DNA of 64,000 nucleotides from a virus (Duplodnaviria > Heunggongvirae > Uroviricota > Caudoviricetes). The translations under genes and the position numbers were made by a program. The notes under the pieces are model-generated. The model ran no database searches and had not been told where the DNA came from. It was given only the letters and a program-made list of their open reading frames with translations. Below are positions 36,479-46,108 of this stretch, in pieces. Each line of letters begins with the position of its first letter. Positions within the stretch are counted from its first letter, which is position 1. Where the stretch lies: positions 22,295 through 86,294 of IMG/VR virus record IMGVR_UViG_3300037333_000017; one strand, written 5' to 3'.

Positions 36479-37972
36479 CTAGAATACATCATCGTACCCA
36501 GCCTCTATCTTATCGAGTGCCGTATCCTTATCTACATCGTGAGGTATCGGCATGTTATGCTTAGGGAATTTATAATACCAAAACGCCTTAGCATAGTTTA
36601 TCACAAAACCTCTGTGTTTATCCACTGCTACGTTTAGGTATTTATTATCATCTACTATACATGGATGTAGTAAAATACCTACATCATGCTCTTGTCCTAT
36701 TTGTCTAGTATCAGCAAAGAAACCTAGTCCATAAATCTCCCTTAACATATCTTGATCTTTTACTCCGTTGTCCGATAGCGTCTTTAGTCCAGAACTAGCT
36801 TGATGCGGGGTAATACATAAGATATCTTTTGCCCTACAGTAGTTACCTATCCTCCTAAACAGCTCTCTAGTTTCAGAACCCGTTACTCCAGTACCCTTAC
36901 AACCTATTTTACTTAGCAATGCCAAGTAGTCTATTAGTATAGCTATAACTTCATATCCCTTACTCTCGTACTCCTCGATTAAGTTAAAGACATCTTTATA
37001 TCCCCAGTTAGATGGGTCTACGTTTAATATCTCTATGGTCCATCCAGGGTTCTCCTGAAGCTTACCTACAACGTAATCTATAGCTTCGTCTATACTAACA
37101 TCAGTAAGCTTAGTATTTTCACCGTCACTGCTTTTAAAGTATTCAAAGATAAATTTGATAATCTGTCTATCTGTATCTTCAAGACTCAGTAATATGAGAA
37201 GAGGTTTCTTTTCCTTATTCATAACGACAGGTTCGTTTCCTAACAACTGTAAGAATACACTCCTACTAAACCCAGATTTATATCCGTGGTCCCTCGCTGT
37301 TACCGTAACTAGTTCTCCTCTCCTAAACCCACCGTCTAATACTTTGTTTAATCTAGAGAACTTAGTCTTTAAAAGCAGTCCGTTATTAACCTCGTCTTTT
37401 ATTGTCTCTATACGTTCTCGTAAGCTACTCGCGTCTAGTGTGAATTTGTTTTTTATCGCAGGGTCCTCCGATGTAAAACCAGATCTTATGCTCTCTAACT
37501 TATCCTTTAGGTTATCTACATATTCATCAACATTACCGATAGCCTTACGTTTACTCATATCAGAACTAAACTTTCTAGAAATAATCTTTAATGTTATTTT
37601 CTGGATATAGCTCTTAATGATGGCTCTATACCTTAGTATTGCAGATTGTCTATCCTCAACACTCATATCCTCTAAGATGTCATCTACAAGGTCTTCAATG
37701 ATATCAGGACTCTCTGTTAAGAGTGATAGTTCCTGTTTTATTATTTTAGCGTCGAACACATATGTAGGGAAGTTCTCTATCATCTCATATAGGTAGTTAG
37801 ATAGGTTCTCCGCTATCTCTTGTTTCTTACTATTAAAACTCTTATTGTTTTCACTTATTATTTTTAGAAGATTTCTAACAGTATCAGCACTATTCGATAC
37901 GTTCGTATCCTCTATTGCTTTCTCGTGAAATAGTAACCTTATAGCGGTAAGTAGTATACTTGTAGTCTCCAT
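36479..37972 (-). CDS. DnaB-family replicative DNA helicase with a deviant Walker A (GYKSGF in place of GKT)
   Basis: The five conserved DnaB motifs are present in divergent form. H1 (Walker A): GELVTVTARDHGYKSGF vs GDLIIIAARPSMGKTAF. H1a: SLEDTD vs SLEMS. Walker B: IAILIDYLALL vs LIxIDYLQLM. H3: SETRELFRRIG...ITPHQAS. H4: FADTRQIGQEHDVGILLH vs RESGxIEQDADLI. Arginine-finger region KHRGFV. Confidence 0.75.
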   Translation of the reverse strand: METTSILLTAIRLLFHEKAIEDTNVSNSADTVRNLLKIISENNKSFNSKKQEIAENLSNYLYEMIENFPTYVFDAKIIKQELSLLTESPDIIEDLVDDILEDMSVEDRQSAILRYRAIIKSYIQKITLKIISRKFSSDMSKRKAIGNVDEYVDNLKDKLESIRSGFTSEDPAIKNKFTLDASSLRERIETIKDEVNNGLLLKTKFSRLNKVLDGGFRRGELVTVTARDHGYKSGFSRSVFLQLLGNEPVVMNKEKKPLLILLSLEDTDRQIIKFIFEYFKSSDGENTKLTDVSIDEAIDYVVGKLQENPGWTIEILNVDPSNWGYKDVFNLIEEYESKGYEVIAILIDYLALLSKIGCKGTGVTGSETRELFRRIGNYCRAKDILCITPHQASSGLKTLSDNGVKDQDMLREIYGLGFFADTRQIGQEHDVGILLHPCIVDDNKYLNVAVDKHRGFVINYAKAFWYYKFPKHNMPIPHDVDKDTALDKIEAGYDDVF

Positions 37973-38044
37973 TGTTTTATCCTATGTTAATTTTTCAGTT
38001 AAACTCGTCGTCTCAAGTTTTTTAACTGACCAGAAGGAGATATA

Positions 38045-38494
38045 ATGGATAATAAAGTAAGTTGTCAAAGATACGTCGTTATTGACGATAGGCCGTTATG
38101 GTTTATGACAGAGGAATTTAGTAAAACAATAAAGTATTCAGGTATGGATATGGACACCGTTTTACTAGGTATAGAAAATAAAAATATGAAAATGATATCT
38201 GATCTGTCTAGAACAGATGTCGATGATTTTGTTTATTGTAATATTAAGATGGCCAGAAAGGTTGGACACACCCAGTGTCTTAAGAGGGAGCTAGACAATG
38301 AACTAACGAACCCATACGAAGTAGTTAAGTTAACAAATAGCACAGCGGTGATATGTAAGGTAGATCCTATATTACTAGACGAAACTCTTTTAGTTGAGAT
38401 TTTATCTTACTTGTTCGACATGCGTGTTAAAACGTCAAACACTGTGAGTATTGATATCGTTAATTTAATGTTGCGTCACGTAGACATAAAGTAA
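38045..38494 (+). CDS. hypothetical protein
   Basis: AGAAGGAGATATA RBS. 149 aa. Confidence 0.5.
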   Translation: MDNKVSCQRYVVIDDRPLWFMTEEFSKTIKYSGMDMDTVLLGIENKNMKMISDLSRTDVDDFVYCNIKMARKVGHTQCLKRELDNELTNPYEVVKLTNSTAVICKVDPILLDETLLVEILSYLFDMRVKTSNTVSIDIVNLMLRHVDIK

Positions 38495-38534
38495 CATGTT
38501 TGTACTAACACATAAAGACTTACCGTATTAGAAC

Positions 38535-38556
38535 TTGTTTTTTGTACAAAAAACAA
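38535..38556. promoter_or_regulatory. perfect 22-bp palindrome (ttgttttttgtacaaaaaacaa) 30 bp upstream of the 38586 gene
   Basis: Read directly. Candidate operator or late-promoter element for an abundant structural gene. Confidence 0.4.
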
Positions 38557-38585
38557 ACACACTTATAAAAAAAAGGACTTAAAAA

Positions 38586-40655
38586 ATGAATAAAAAAGAA
38601 CTCGAACTGTTAGACTTCCTAGAGTCAGCAACAGCATCTGTTAAGGTAGCGGGAAATGAAGAATTAGGTGAAGTATTACCATCTAATATTTCCGAAGAGA
38701 TCATTACGTCTATCGAGGCAGCTTATGGTGATGAAACAACTGTAGTCGCAGCGATGGAAGGTCTAAAACTAGATACAATGAGAATGTCAACAAAGAAAGA
38801 ACTAGCTAGTGCTACAAGATTCTCTGACGACACACCTAGTGATGCAATGGTGGTAAAACCTATGCAGTCTGGTAGCCACCCAATGATTAGCTCTCTCGTA
38901 GCCGCTAACGAAGATTTCGGTGGTACGCCTGTAGCGAACTTTAAGAATTATAGTATGATCGTGAGTGCTGCTATCGCGTCTGCAGAGAGTGTTATTAACA
39001 TCATTTACCCTAACGTAATGGGCGATGCTAATTCAGCTGGGCTAATCGAGGCGTTAGAGTATCCTGTTGTTAAGAGTAAATACTTACGAACAGATGCTGG
39101 AGCATCGTATGAAGATAACGAAGGTTCATTGAGTAAACTTGTAAGGCTAAGAGACAATCCTCTTGTAGCTGATAAGTTAAAACTAGTTCCCGTATATAGC
39201 CAGGCTACACAAGATTACTTAGTCGGTGATTTCCAGTTTGAAGATAATACATCTGGAGAAACAATCATCTCTGCACCTATTAAATATGGTGTGTCACTAG
39301 ATTTTGGTGCGCTCACCCAAACGGAAAATAGTATCCTCAACGGTGTACGTAACGAAAACTTTACAATTAGTTCTGACGTCACACTACGTACAATGTGGTT
39401 TACACTACACAATGATGATGACTCTAAAGTATCTTACCACAAAATTGACGTGTATGACAACCCAACAGCTAAGTGGATTCCTGGCTTAGTAGGTTCGAAA
39501 AACGCTATCGTGAACAACTTCTACGATGATGAGTTCGTTATCGACACAGAAACATTCCAGACCCTCAGTGGTACAGCATCTGAAGTTATTACAGACTTAG
39601 ATATCGATGGATATAAAATCGTACTTGCTATCGGTGCAACTGGTAGAGGAGATACTTTAACAGCTAGATTAGAAGAGACTGTAACAAAATTCGAAATGGT
39701 AAGACTTATCGATTCTGACGGTAACGAAGTAAGTGAGTCTGATTCTAAATGGACTGACGTATACGACACTATTGCTAGAACAACTCATGATGGTTACTAC
39801 ATTGATGCAACAGCGACAAACGAAGATTTAAGTATCGAACCAATCGAGTTAGATGTACGTACAGCATACGCGAGATACGATATCGCATACACAACACCTG
39901 TTACAATCAAGTCATCTTTACTTAACGGTACAAATGGAGATAGAAGAGCGCTTTCATCTATCCGTGAATACATTAACGTAATGATCGCACAACGTGGTTT
40001 AGATGCGTTCGAAACCTTCTTCGATAGATTAAAAAGTCGTGCAGCAACAGGGAGATTAAACCAATTCGCGCAAAGCCTTGGTAATGCTCATAAGTTAATC
40101 GATCCATTCTACGAGGACAGATCAATTGCGCTATACGACACAGTAGATAGTGACAACACTTCTAACCTATCTAGCAACGTTGCCGCAGTTATCATTAATA
40201 ACATCAAACAGATCTTGAACGATATGGTTACAGAGACAGGTATCCTTGATGCTGCTCAAACAAGAGGTTCTGGAACACCTAAACTCGTAATCGTAACTGA
40301 TAGAAAGATCAGAGACGTTATCACTAAGGAAGGTATCTCGTACGATAACCTATCTGTGGAAGTTGTTGGATTAGATCACCAGATTCTACGCAACAAAGTT
40401 AGATTCTATGTAACCGTACCTGGGTCTACAGGCGTACACGGAGAGTTACAATGGGGGTTCAGAGGTTCTGTACCTACACCAGTTGTAGAGGTAACAGTTA
40501 AAAATAATGCTGCTATCGAACCAGCAGTTATTCTACAACCTAGAGTTAGTTTCCATAACAAGCTCGCTATCGGTGCAGAGTTAACTATCACAGACTGGGA
40601 TAAAGTAGTAAGTTCAAAAGTGTTCGTAAGTACACTCGAAGCTACTGAAGAGTAG
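38586..40655 (+). CDS. abundant structural protein, probably the major capsid protein (a phage-nucleus shell protein is an alternative)
   Basis: 689 aa, Ala/Thr/Val/Asn-rich with no Cys clusters. Flanked by a strong palindrome upstream and an intrinsic terminator downstream. No sequence motif verifiable by eye. Confidence 0.35.
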   Translation: MNKKELELLDFLESATASVKVAGNEELGEVLPSNISEEIITSIEAAYGDETTVVAAMEGLKLDTMRMSTKKELASATRFSDDTPSDAMVVKPMQSGSHPMISSLVAANEDFGGTPVANFKNYSMIVSAAIASAESVINIIYPNVMGDANSAGLIEALEYPVVKSKYLRTDAGASYEDNEGSLSKLVRLRDNPLVADKLKLVPVYSQATQDYLVGDFQFEDNTSGETIISAPIKYGVSLDFGALTQTENSILNGVRNENFTISSDVTLRTMWFTLHNDDDSKVSYHKIDVYDNPTAKWIPGLVGSKNAIVNNFYDDEFVIDTETFQTLSGTASEVITDLDIDGYKIVLAIGATGRGDTLTARLEETVTKFEMVRLIDSDGNEVSESDSKWTDVYDTIARTTHDGYYIDATATNEDLSIEPIELDVRTAYARYDIAYTTPVTIKSSLLNGTNGDRRALSSIREYINVMIAQRGLDAFETFFDRLKSRAATGRLNQFAQSLGNAHKLIDPFYEDRSIALYDTVDSDNTSNLSSNVAAVIINNIKQILNDMVTETGILDAAQTRGSGTPKLVIVTDRKIRDVITKEGISYDNLSVEVVGLDHQILRNKVRFYVTVPGSTGVHGELQWGFRGSVPTPVVEVTVKNNAAIEPAVILQPRVSFHNKLAIGAELTITDWDKVVSSKVFVSTLEATEE

Positions 40656-40668
40656 TACATGGTATAAT

Positions 40669-40713
40669 CGACAGTGCGGATCTCCGCACTGTCGTTATCT
40701 CTACTTTTTTTTG
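40669..40713 (+). terminator. hairpin (cgacagtgcgga...tccgcactgtcg) followed by a T9 run
   Basis: Read directly. Confidence 0.55.
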
Positions 40714-40765
40714 TAACCATATTATACTATTGAGCTATGCTTAATTAAAACAAAAGGATATATAT

Positions 40766-41692
40766 ATGGGAAGATACGATGATTTCTTCGACGACGACGA
40801 GTACTTAAGAGACAGGAGGGGCTCCTCTAGAAGATCATCCAGGAGGTCGTCTAGAAAGCGCTCTGCGTCTGGTGTCGCAGCGTTGGGCGGATATGGCGGC
40901 GATGACGATACTAGGACTGAGAGGAGCTCTAGAAAGAACTCTAGACGATCGTCTAGGGATGATGACGATGTAAAGGAAGTAACAGTAGAGGTATTCAAGA
41001 CCTCAGAGTTAGGTACACCATCTAAAAGGCCATCAAAAGAGGCTCTCGCGCCAGAGCACGATTCGTCACCAACTGAAAGACTAGAGTACGATGAGTTACT
41101 GGCTATAGCTCACGCGCCTGTGAGTGACACTCACAGGACGAGAGTTATGGTTGTAGACACCCATACGTCTATCTACGCTAGCAGCTCTGTTGATATGGCA
41201 CAATTGCGCAATGAGTTTAAGAGTGTAGGTAAGGGACTCATCAATAAAGTTTTAATAGACTCAATACCAGAAGAGCTCGATCACGTTTTCAAGGAGGTGT
41301 TCGATAACACGATGGGGAGGTATTTTGAGCTAGCCGGAAAGTTCAAAGACAACTACGTTGACATCGTTCAGACAATGCATGGGGAGAATACTCCTGAAAT
41401 AAAAGAGGCCATAAGTAGGCTAAGGGCAGAGTTAAAGAACCTGGTTAACTCTATGACGCACAGAGAGGTTTCTTCGTGTAGTATCTATAGATTCGATACA
41501 AAGCTGAATATATTCAGAAATGTATCGTATGCTATCGAGGAAGAGCTCTCTACAGTAACCTCAGAAACAGAACTTGATCGATCATCTGTGACGTACGAGA
41601 TGACGACGCTGTCCGGAAACGGTAACAACTCTATTATTAAAACAGAGGATGCGTTATACGCAGTCAACGGGAATAAAATAAAAAGGATATAG
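40766..41692 (+). CDS. protein with Arg/Ser-rich (RS-repeat) and acidic low-complexity N-terminal region followed by a globular domain
   Basis: RRGSSRRSSRRSSRKRS...SRKNSRRSSRDDDD. RBS AAAAGGATATATAT. 308 aa. Confidence 0.5.
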   Translation: MGRYDDFFDDDEYLRDRRGSSRRSSRRSSRKRSASGVAALGGYGGDDDTRTERSSRKNSRRSSRDDDDVKEVTVEVFKTSELGTPSKRPSKEALAPEHDSSPTERLEYDELLAIAHAPVSDTHRTRVMVVDTHTSIYASSSVDMAQLRNEFKSVGKGLINKVLIDSIPEELDHVFKEVFDNTMGRYFELAGKFKDNYVDIVQTMHGENTPEIKEAISRLRAELKNLVNSMTHREVSSCSIYRFDTKLNIFRNVSYAIEEELSTVTSETELDRSSVTYEMTTLSGNGNNSIIKTEDALYAVNGNKIKRI

Positions 41693-41693
41693 A

Positions 41694-42206
41694 ATGGTAG
41701 GTGTTTTAGAGAAACTAGAGAGAAAAGAGGATTGTTACTTAGCGACACTCGAGTATTTTGACGCTATAAATAGTAAAGAATGCGTTGGAGCAGAAGATGA
41801 ACTAGGTACGTTTAAGAGGGAACTAGATCTGTTCTTAACGAATAGATTTAATAGAGTGTTCGACGGCGTTGCCGTGTCTGAGTCGTTCTGTAACGATTAC
41901 GCTGACGTTTATGACATGGTTAAGACGTCTAAGAAGGCGTCAGGACTATTCGTAAAATTCAAAACTCTCGTGAATGTCGAGACGGCACTCATAGAGAGAC
42001 AAGAAAAGACCATGATAAGAAATGGGCGTGTCATGGGAGTCAAGAAACTTTATCTGGCATCGAAGTCAGACTCGAGAATATACAGGGACAACCCTAAGAA
42101 ATTCGGGACGGACCGAGACAACGACATTGTAATAAAGACCACCATCTATATACCAAACTCAGTTCGGTCTTTATTAAAGACCGAGAAGATAAACTTCACG
42201 ATCTAA
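41694..42206 (+). CDS. hypothetical protein
   Basis: AAAAGGATATAGA RBS. 170 aa. Confidence 0.5.
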   Translation: MVGVLEKLERKEDCYLATLEYFDAINSKECVGAEDELGTFKRELDLFLTNRFNRVFDGVAVSESFCNDYADVYDMVKTSKKASGLFVKFKTLVNVETALIERQEKTMIRNGRVMGVKKLYLASKSDSRIYRDNPKKFGTDRDNDIVIKTTIYIPNSVRSLLKTEKINFTI

Positions 42207-42256
42207 CACACTGACGGCTCATGCCGTCAGTGTGTTAGATTAGTTTTTTTATTTTT
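42203..42256. terminator. bidirectional intrinsic terminator: 16-bp stem (ctaacacactgacggc/gccgtcagtgtgttag) followed by TTTTTTTATTTTT
   Basis: Read directly between convergent genes. Confidence 0.65.
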
Positions 42257-43737
42257 ACAGATACTTCTCCGTATGTGCTTATAGTTAGGAATGACCTATC
42301 TAATGTTTTTATGTGCGATACTTTACCATCGAATATGGCGTTGTAACTCGTAAGGACTTCTCCTTTTGTGTTAATGCTCTCATATGTAACGTCCTCATCG
42401 TTTACGGCGATAGTGTCAAAACACTCGTCTTGTGAACTCTTGAACATATATAGAGTATTCTCAGTGTTAACATCTACGAAGACATCGTCAGAAGATAGAC
42501 TGTCTACATAACCACTGACAGTTATTTCGGCTATCTTATCTTTATATAATAGAGCTCCTTTGTTTCCGTGTATTCCTATAGGGAAACTAACGTTAGCATC
42601 TAGGTAAGATGATGTAATACCTATGCCATCTATAGTAAACGACTGCTCGAATATATCTCCTGCGTCACTAATTGTGTAGATGTTACAGTACGCATATTTG
42701 TCGTCAGATAATCCTACGGTAAATTTATTGTCAGAATGATCACATACAGAGTTATTCAATGTGACGTCGCTAAGTAATTTAGTAGATGTTAAAAGGTCGT
42801 AATCGATACCGTATACATCGATATAGACGTCTCCAGAAAGATCATCTCCATCTTCTTTGTTATATACAACACCGATGTTCCCTTCACGAGTACCGATTAT
42901 CGTGTAGTTAGTACAGTCAGTATCTAGTTCGATAGTCTTATCTATGAATAACTCACCATACTTAAACGTAAACCATACTAACAGATTGTTTTCTGTAACG
43001 AAAGCAAACTTGTTTGTTAAATATTCAACACCGATGTTATTTGTTGGTCGCATTGTTGAGTTAGATACGGAATACAGAAGAGACTCTTTCATTGCTAAAT
43101 TAGGTAGATAAGATGAATTCTCTATGTCCTTAGTGAGTTGTTCAGATATCGTTAGAGACGCGATATTATTTAGTCTCTTTACTTTGTCCTCCAGTAGACC
43201 ATTCCTATCCACACATTTTTTATACCTAGAATATAGTGACGCATCGCGTTTACTTGAACGTTCAGACTCTAACGACGCTGTATCGGTATTGTTTAATAGA
43301 ATTGTACTAGAACTATCGAACGTCTTTATTTTTGGTGTCACACCTAGTGTACTTTCAACGAACGCTATGAGTTCTTTCGTAAAAAGTTCTGTATTGAATG
43401 AACCACTCATTATACCTAGGTTAATACCGACAGTCTTCTCTACATACTCATTCCCGCCCTGTTCCGTCGCTGGAGACACGTGGGTTTCTGGTATATATCC
43501 ATAATTACCACTACCATTCGTTAGAACGACTACACGCACAAAGTCTGACATATCTTTTAACATATCTTCTTCTGTGCGTCCAACGTCTAGATAAACTCTC
43601 TGTAGTGGGTCTTGTTTAGAATTTATCATTTCGCCGATTGTGCGTATCGCCTCTACCGTATATACCACGTTCTGATCTACAATTGTGTCATACGGAGAAC
43701 TCGCTAGAATCCTACCTCTATACTTATCTGAAATCAT
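42235..43737 (-). CDS. hypothetical protein
   Basis: AAAGGATAAAA RBS. 500 aa. Confidence 0.5.
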   Translation of the reverse strand: MISDKYRGRILASSPYDTIVDQNVVYTVEAIRTIGEMINSKQDPLQRVYLDVGRTEEDMLKDMSDFVRVVVLTNGSGNYGYIPETHVSPATEQGGNEYVEKTVGINLGIMSGSFNTELFTKELIAFVESTLGVTPKIKTFDSSSTILLNNTDTASLESERSSKRDASLYSRYKKCVDRNGLLEDKVKRLNNIASLTISEQLTKDIENSSYLPNLAMKESLLYSVSNSTMRPTNNIGVEYLTNKFAFVTENNLLVWFTFKYGELFIDKTIELDTDCTNYTIIGTREGNIGVVYNKEDGDDLSGDVYIDVYGIDYDLLTSTKLLSDVTLNNSVCDHSDNKFTVGLSDDKYAYCNIYTISDAGDIFEQSFTIDGIGITSSYLDANVSFPIGIHGNKGALLYKDKIAEITVSGYVDSLSSDDVFVDVNTENTLYMFKSSQDECFDTIAVNDEDVTYESINTKGEVLTSYNAIFDGKVSHIKTLDRSFLTISTYGEVSVKIKKLI

Positions 43738-43806
43738 TTTTATCCTTTGCGTTGTTATTCATTTTAAACAGGTATTTAAATTAAACAGAGTAAATAAAGG
43801 ATATGT

Positions 43807-45180
43807 ATGAGAGACTTAGTTATATATGTTGGCATAGAGAATGTCGTGGATGAATTAGATAGGTTTAACGTCACAGCATTTCACGGGTATATAGTAGAAG
43901 GACTAGTACCAAAGAACACAAAGAAACCTAACGGTATAGAAGTTACGGATAAAGGATACTTTAATCCGAAAGCACTTAAAGCTAATAAGGCCAGTATCTG
44001 TTCTCCGGACGCATACATAGACGGGTACTACACATCAGAAGGCTCTTACTACGATGCACTCTATAAGTTTATAGAGAAACTCTTCCGTATGAAACAAAAG
44101 TATAAGATTGAAAATATACTACTAAAGACGGACAATGTAGAAGTTGGGAGGATTATTAAGTCAGCTCCAAATGAGTTAGTTGAAATATTCAACGGTTATT
44201 ACGGTAATCGAGCGCATCATCTTGTAAGGTATCTAAGTGAGTTGAAATTAAGCATACTGAGGGTCTATTCAGGTAGTACAGGACTAGACCAAGTAACATT
44301 CGCTAATAATGTGGCCAAACACCATAAAAGAGATTACCATATTTCTTTATCAGACGCTAAGACGTACTGGACCCCTAAGCGCTTGAAAGAAGACTTAATT
44401 ATATCTAGACATGTTGTTTTTAAGAACATACCCGACGAGCACGTGACGTACTGTTTCTGTAATTATAAAAAGGACGACGCGATAGGATTGCAGACAAACT
44501 ATGTTTCGTATTACCAACTGTACACTGAGGAGAAGATACGCGAGTTCGAACACATACGTCGTCTTATGCGAAAGTTATTAGGGGACAATGCGGTTATTTG
44601 CACGATTAACTCTGAATTGGTGTACGATAAGACAGGTGTGCGACTCATGAGCGTATTTGGTAATGACTCTATGTTGGCAGGTATAAAGAAGGGTAAGGCG
44701 ATAATAAGACGACCAGACGGAACAGTGATAGCGTCCGAGATAAAACCTGTAGGTATTGCAGGCGCCGCACAGGGAAACTGTGACGTTGTAGGTACGGTTA
44801 TGAGAGATTACGTTAAAATGTTTAGGGATAAACCCCATCGCCTTAGATACACGGAACTTACAGATACGATATGGGATAACGGGAAGATAAGGAAAGAAGT
44901 TGGTAATGGACACATAATAGTAAAGGAGATTAGAGATGACTTCATAAGGGATGTTAAGAGTAATAAGACGTATAAACTAAAACTGGTTACGGGTATAGAT
45001 GTGGTAGATAGAAACACACTTAAACGCGTAGAGAAGAAAGACCCTGTACTATATCTTGCTATAAACCAGATTAGCGATACAATATTTGAATACTATACCG
45101 TACTGCACTTACGGTCGGAAGATAAACTAATCGTATGGACAAACATCTATAGTAACAAACTACCATTCAAGAAACTATGA
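43807..45180 (+). CDS. hypothetical protein
   Basis: AAAGGATATGT RBS. 457 aa. Confidence 0.5.
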   Translation: MRDLVIYVGIENVVDELDRFNVTAFHGYIVEGLVPKNTKKPNGIEVTDKGYFNPKALKANKASICSPDAYIDGYYTSEGSYYDALYKFIEKLFRMKQKYKIENILLKTDNVEVGRIIKSAPNELVEIFNGYYGNRAHHLVRYLSELKLSILRVYSGSTGLDQVTFANNVAKHHKRDYHISLSDAKTYWTPKRLKEDLIISRHVVFKNIPDEHVTYCFCNYKKDDAIGLQTNYVSYYQLYTEEKIREFEHIRRLMRKLLGDNAVICTINSELVYDKTGVRLMSVFGNDSMLAGIKKGKAIIRRPDGTVIASEIKPVGIAGAAQGNCDVVGTVMRDYVKMFRDKPHRLRYTELTDTIWDNGKIRKEVGNGHIIVKEIRDDFIRDVKSNKTYKLKLVTGIDVVDRNTLKRVEKKDPVLYLAINQISDTIFEYYTVLHLRSEDKLIVWTNIYSNKLPFKKL

Positions 45181-45201
45181 GAGACCATTACGGTCTCTCA
45201 T
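45177..45201. terminator. hairpin (atgagagacc-attac-ggtctctcat) between convergent genes
   Basis: Read directly. Confidence 0.45.
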
Positions 45202-45204
45202 AGT

Positions 45205-46038
45205 CTATCTTTCGTAAACTTCTGGTAATTTTAATGTTAGGTCCATGGTCTTAGAGTAGATGAAGAAGTAAGTACTAACTGTCGTCATAGATTTAGAGAA
45301 TATATCCAATAGATCTATGAGGCTTTCTAGCCCAACATTACTATATTCTACACCACTATCTATGTCCTCTGTTAACATGAGGGTTTTCTTATAGATATTG
45401 TTTATGATCTTATTAAGTTTCATTATAGATTTATCATCTATATAACTATCTATAGTTATAAGATTATCTGTAACCGTTATAAGGTCGTCATTAGAGTATA
45501 TGAGCGTCTCTAGTTTTGTAGACTCTCTGTAGTCTCTAGGATCAAAGAACCCTTTAAAGTTCTTTTTAGGTTCATCAACAAACTTCTTCCTATAGTCAGA
45601 TAGTTCTTCAGAGGTCTTCTTGAAACTTTTGCGTTTTCCTGACGTAGCGAGCAGTTCTGATATGAGTGTATCTAGTCTGTCTATTTCGTTATAAATGTTG
45701 TCATAATTACTGAAGTAACCATTTAATGCATTAGTCAACGTTACAAGGTCAACGGCGAGTCCTGGAATTGTAGGTACTCTATATGTATGTATGTCCTGGT
45801 ATGTGCGTTTTGAGATAATGTCTGGAAGGTCTCTCCTAAGTTTAACAATCTTACTAGGTGTCTGTAGCTTTCCGAATGAATAGACAAAATCTCCAAACGT
45901 ACTGTATGTCTTTTTTACTTCGTCAGAAGCAATACTAACTTGTTTTTTTATGCTGTCCGTGAGAGACTTAAAAATGCCTTCTTCTAGCCCTTCTAATACG
46001 AGAGTCCTCTCGCCTAAATAATTATGTAATGTATCCAT
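45205..46038 (-). CDS. hypothetical protein
   Basis: AAAGGAC RBS. 277 aa. Confidence 0.5.
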   Translation of the reverse strand: MDTLHNYLGERTLVLEGLEEGIFKSLTDSIKKQVSIASDEVKKTYSTFGDFVYSFGKLQTPSKIVKLRRDLPDIISKRTYQDIHTYRVPTIPGLAVDLVTLTNALNGYFSNYDNIYNEIDRLDTLISELLATSGKRKSFKKTSEELSDYRKKFVDEPKKNFKGFFDPRDYRESTKLETLIYSNDDLITVTDNLITIDSYIDDKSIMKLNKIINNIYKKTLMLTEDIDSGVEYSNVGLESLIDLLDIFSKSMTTVSTYFFIYSKTMDLTLKLPEVYER

Positions 46039-46108
46039 TTATAGTCCTTTTTATAGTGTCATATTAAAAGCACAGACCCTTATTTCATTGAAATATTAAG
46101 GAGCATAC

